From the NCBI GenBank assembly GCA_964016885.1, contig OZ024741.1, positions 79,856,001-79,920,000 of the forward strand: a stretch of DNA of 64,000 nt, given 5' to 3'. The translations under genes and the position numbers were made by a program. Source of the stretch: Eledone cirrhosa. Its lineage: Eukaryota. The notes under the pieces are model-generated. The model saw only the letters and a program-made list of their open reading frames with translations, was not told the DNA's origin and did not search any database. Below, piece after piece: positions 61,585 through 64,000 of the stretch (position 1 is the stretch's first letter; the number at the start of each line of letters is the position of its first letter).

Positions 61585-62097
61585 CATGTATGTATGTTCT
61601 TCTGGCTTTATAATTTCACAAACAGAGCGCATGTATGTATGTTCTTCTGGCTTTATAGTTTGCAAATAGAGAGAGAGCCGGTTTCTTACGTAGATACAAG
61701 ACTCTCTCATTGGAATTTACACAACATCAACTAAGTAGATATGTATGCATGTCTGCATGTGTAGGTATGGATGTTATTGTATGTGTGGATATGTATGTTT
61801 TGAGTTGTATGTGTGCATGTGCATATGCTTTGTATCTGTACAAGATGCAGAATTTTTGGAATGTTTTGCGTATTTTTACTGTTCCATTAATGTACTTGTA
61901 ATTTCCTAACTAGTTGTGTTCTTTTCTGTTGAAGCCAGCTTCTCAAGATTTATTGAGGCAGTTACTAACATATCCCAGTGCCCCAATAATCACAGGTATA
62001 GATCTGAAGGTATAGTCAGGGTAGAGTATCTGCAGATTTCTCATTAATTCTGCATAAATATTCTCCTTTTCGCTAATCTTTGATATTATATTGGCAT
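61585..62097 (-). mobile_element. 3' fragment of a second Dong-type LINE
   Basis: Minus strand KISEKENIYAELMRNLQILYPDYTFRSIPVIIGALG..GTVKIRKTF; 3' end runs into CATACATACA. Confidence 0.75.
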
Positions 62098-62117
62098 GTA
62101 TATATATATTGGCATAC

Positions 62118-62148
<31 letters not shown>

Positions 62149-62623
62149 TGTATGTTTGGAAATACCCAGTTTGATGCCCGAGTGCGTGGTAGGCCCACTG
62201 GGAGTGCGATAACCTAGTTCTGGTTAAATAATTATTCTAGGAGGAGCAAACCTCTGATGTAAAATCTGGAACTCGATGGCAGCCGATGATGTTGACCACT
62301 TCTTTTGGGGGATACTTGACACCGTTGTTCAGAGAGTTGGACCAGTGCAAAGCCTTTCTTCACTTAAAAAAGCTTCAAGCACAGGCATCACTTGATCTAA
62401 ACCACTTCCACGTGTATTGCATAAACATGGCCTTTTCTTTTTCTTTCGCTACAGTATATGCAGAAAGGAATCTAAATCTTTAGCAGGGCTAAAAATTCAT
62501 GTATGTTCCACCCATGTATGAGAAAAAAGTCAAGGGATAACAATTCTAGAAGATGCAGTCTGTATGTATTATGTATGTATGTATTCATGTCTGTATGTAT
62601 TTATGTATGTATGAATGTATGCA

Positions 62624-62734
<111 letters not shown>

Positions 62735-62829
62735 CAGCTCGCACCTATGCAGGTTTAGCTGGCCTCCTCCAAGGTATATCTTGTTGGAGGTGTCTTGGGT
62801 AATTTAATGATAGGGACCCCAGTCCTATC

Positions 62830-62955
62830 ATCTCATTTCTACAGCTGAGTAAACTGGAGCAACGTGAAATGAAGTGCCTTGCTCAAGGAAACAACACATC
62901 ACCTGGTCCTAGAATTGAACTCACAAGCTTTCGATTGCAAGTCCAATGCTCTTGT
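62830..62955 (-). mobile_element. tRNA-derived SINE of a second family with a CORE-like block
   Basis: gagtaaactggagcaacgtgaaatgaagtgccttgctcaagg..agaattgaactcac (B box on the minus strand). Confidence 0.65.
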
Positions 62956-63639
62956 AGTAACTATGGCGACAGTGTGTTGACTATAGCAACGCAGTGTCGC
63001 CACCTCTGGGTAACACAAAAAAATAGCGAATTATTTCCCTTATCTCGGCGTTCTCAAAAAGAAGAGACGCCAATCAAAAATTCAAGAGATTTGGTTTTCA
63101 ATTCCAGTCGCCTTTGTCCTGCCACGTGGACGTACTTTGTAAAAACGCCTGTTTTTGACCAAGAGATTTTCATATCTCTTCTTGAATGTAAGAATTAAGC
63201 CATTGCCGTTTAGCTTGCAGGGTATGTCCTATGAATGTAATTATTATGTCATGTTTTATTAAATGAATCATTTAATAAAAGATTAGCCTTGTTATCGTTA
63301 AAGCCCTTCTGTTTTAATTAATAATCTTAGAGAGATGAGATGTCGTTCACACACCTGGACGATATATCATTTTTCTTTATTGGTGACCCCGACTAAGAAC
63401 AACCTTTAAAATTCTTCTGTGTTTAAAATTCTTCTGTATTGCTGAATTGTATCTCCTTCTGATCTGCCTTGCAAGCATAGTTAGATAAAAACGAAAAAAA
63501 ATTATCACAACTCATCCAGCGTTTTATCAACAATGATATTTATTTTATGTACAAAGTGTGCGACACTGCACATATATATATGGAATTCAGGCCCGTTGTT
63601 GTTTGGTATCTTGTCTTTGAGTGAACAATATTTTTCCTT

Positions 63640-64000
63640 TTGCATCAACTTCTCTCTTAAAAAAAGAAAAGTCGTTTTCGGGAATTGTTAGATGATGCGC
63701 AAATGGGTGACAGGACGCCAAGCTTCTATTTGCGACATCTGCGGGAATTGAGCGACTCCCAGGGGATGGACACCCCATTCCTCAAACAACTATTTTTCTC
63801 TCGTTTACCGCCAAGTGCGCAGATGGTCTTGGTCAATAATTTGGAGAGGGAATCGTTAGATCAACTTGCCGCATCCGCGGATAGAATACTAGAGGTGGAC
63901 TCTAACAGCAGTCGGCATAATCCTTGTGTGGCTTCTTCTTCTGTTCCCTCACGCAATTCTTCTGTGGCCGACAGCAAACTGTTGGAGATGATCGAAGCGC
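63640..64000 (+). mobile_element. Ty3/Gypsy gag-like coding fragment running off the window end
   Basis: SRFRELLDDAQMGDRTPSFYLRHLREL..FLKQLFFSRLP..LDQLAASADRILE. Confidence 0.75.

Overview
This is a very AT-rich animal genomic window, probably from an octopod cephalopod judging by its SINEs and repeat content, with no recognisable intact host gene. It is a mosaic of long (TA)n microsatellites carrying retroelement insertions: about ten decayed Penelope-like elements (PLEs; RT and/or C-terminal GIY-YIG), a near full-length frameshifted R4/Dong-type RLE LINE, CR1-type 3' ends, tRNA-derived SINEs, MITE-like pieces and a Ty3/Gypsy gag fragment. The main signal is RNA-level. Read by eye, the window holds roughly 40 type I hammerhead ribozyme (HHR) motifs, intact or decayed. 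Twenty-two of them lie in a 6.7-kb palindromic array of a 311-bp non-coding monomer (10811-17523), one minimal HHR per unit, with the inversion breakpoint on the ribozyme core; it looks like a recent retrozyme/circRNA concatemer. There are further retrozyme-like units (474 bp, ~450-490 bp, ~536 bp), HHR families with a compensatory U3-A8 core, and an HHR with a ~105-nt stem II. All folds and alignments were done by eye, so coordinates may be off by a few bases, and activity is inferred rather than shown.
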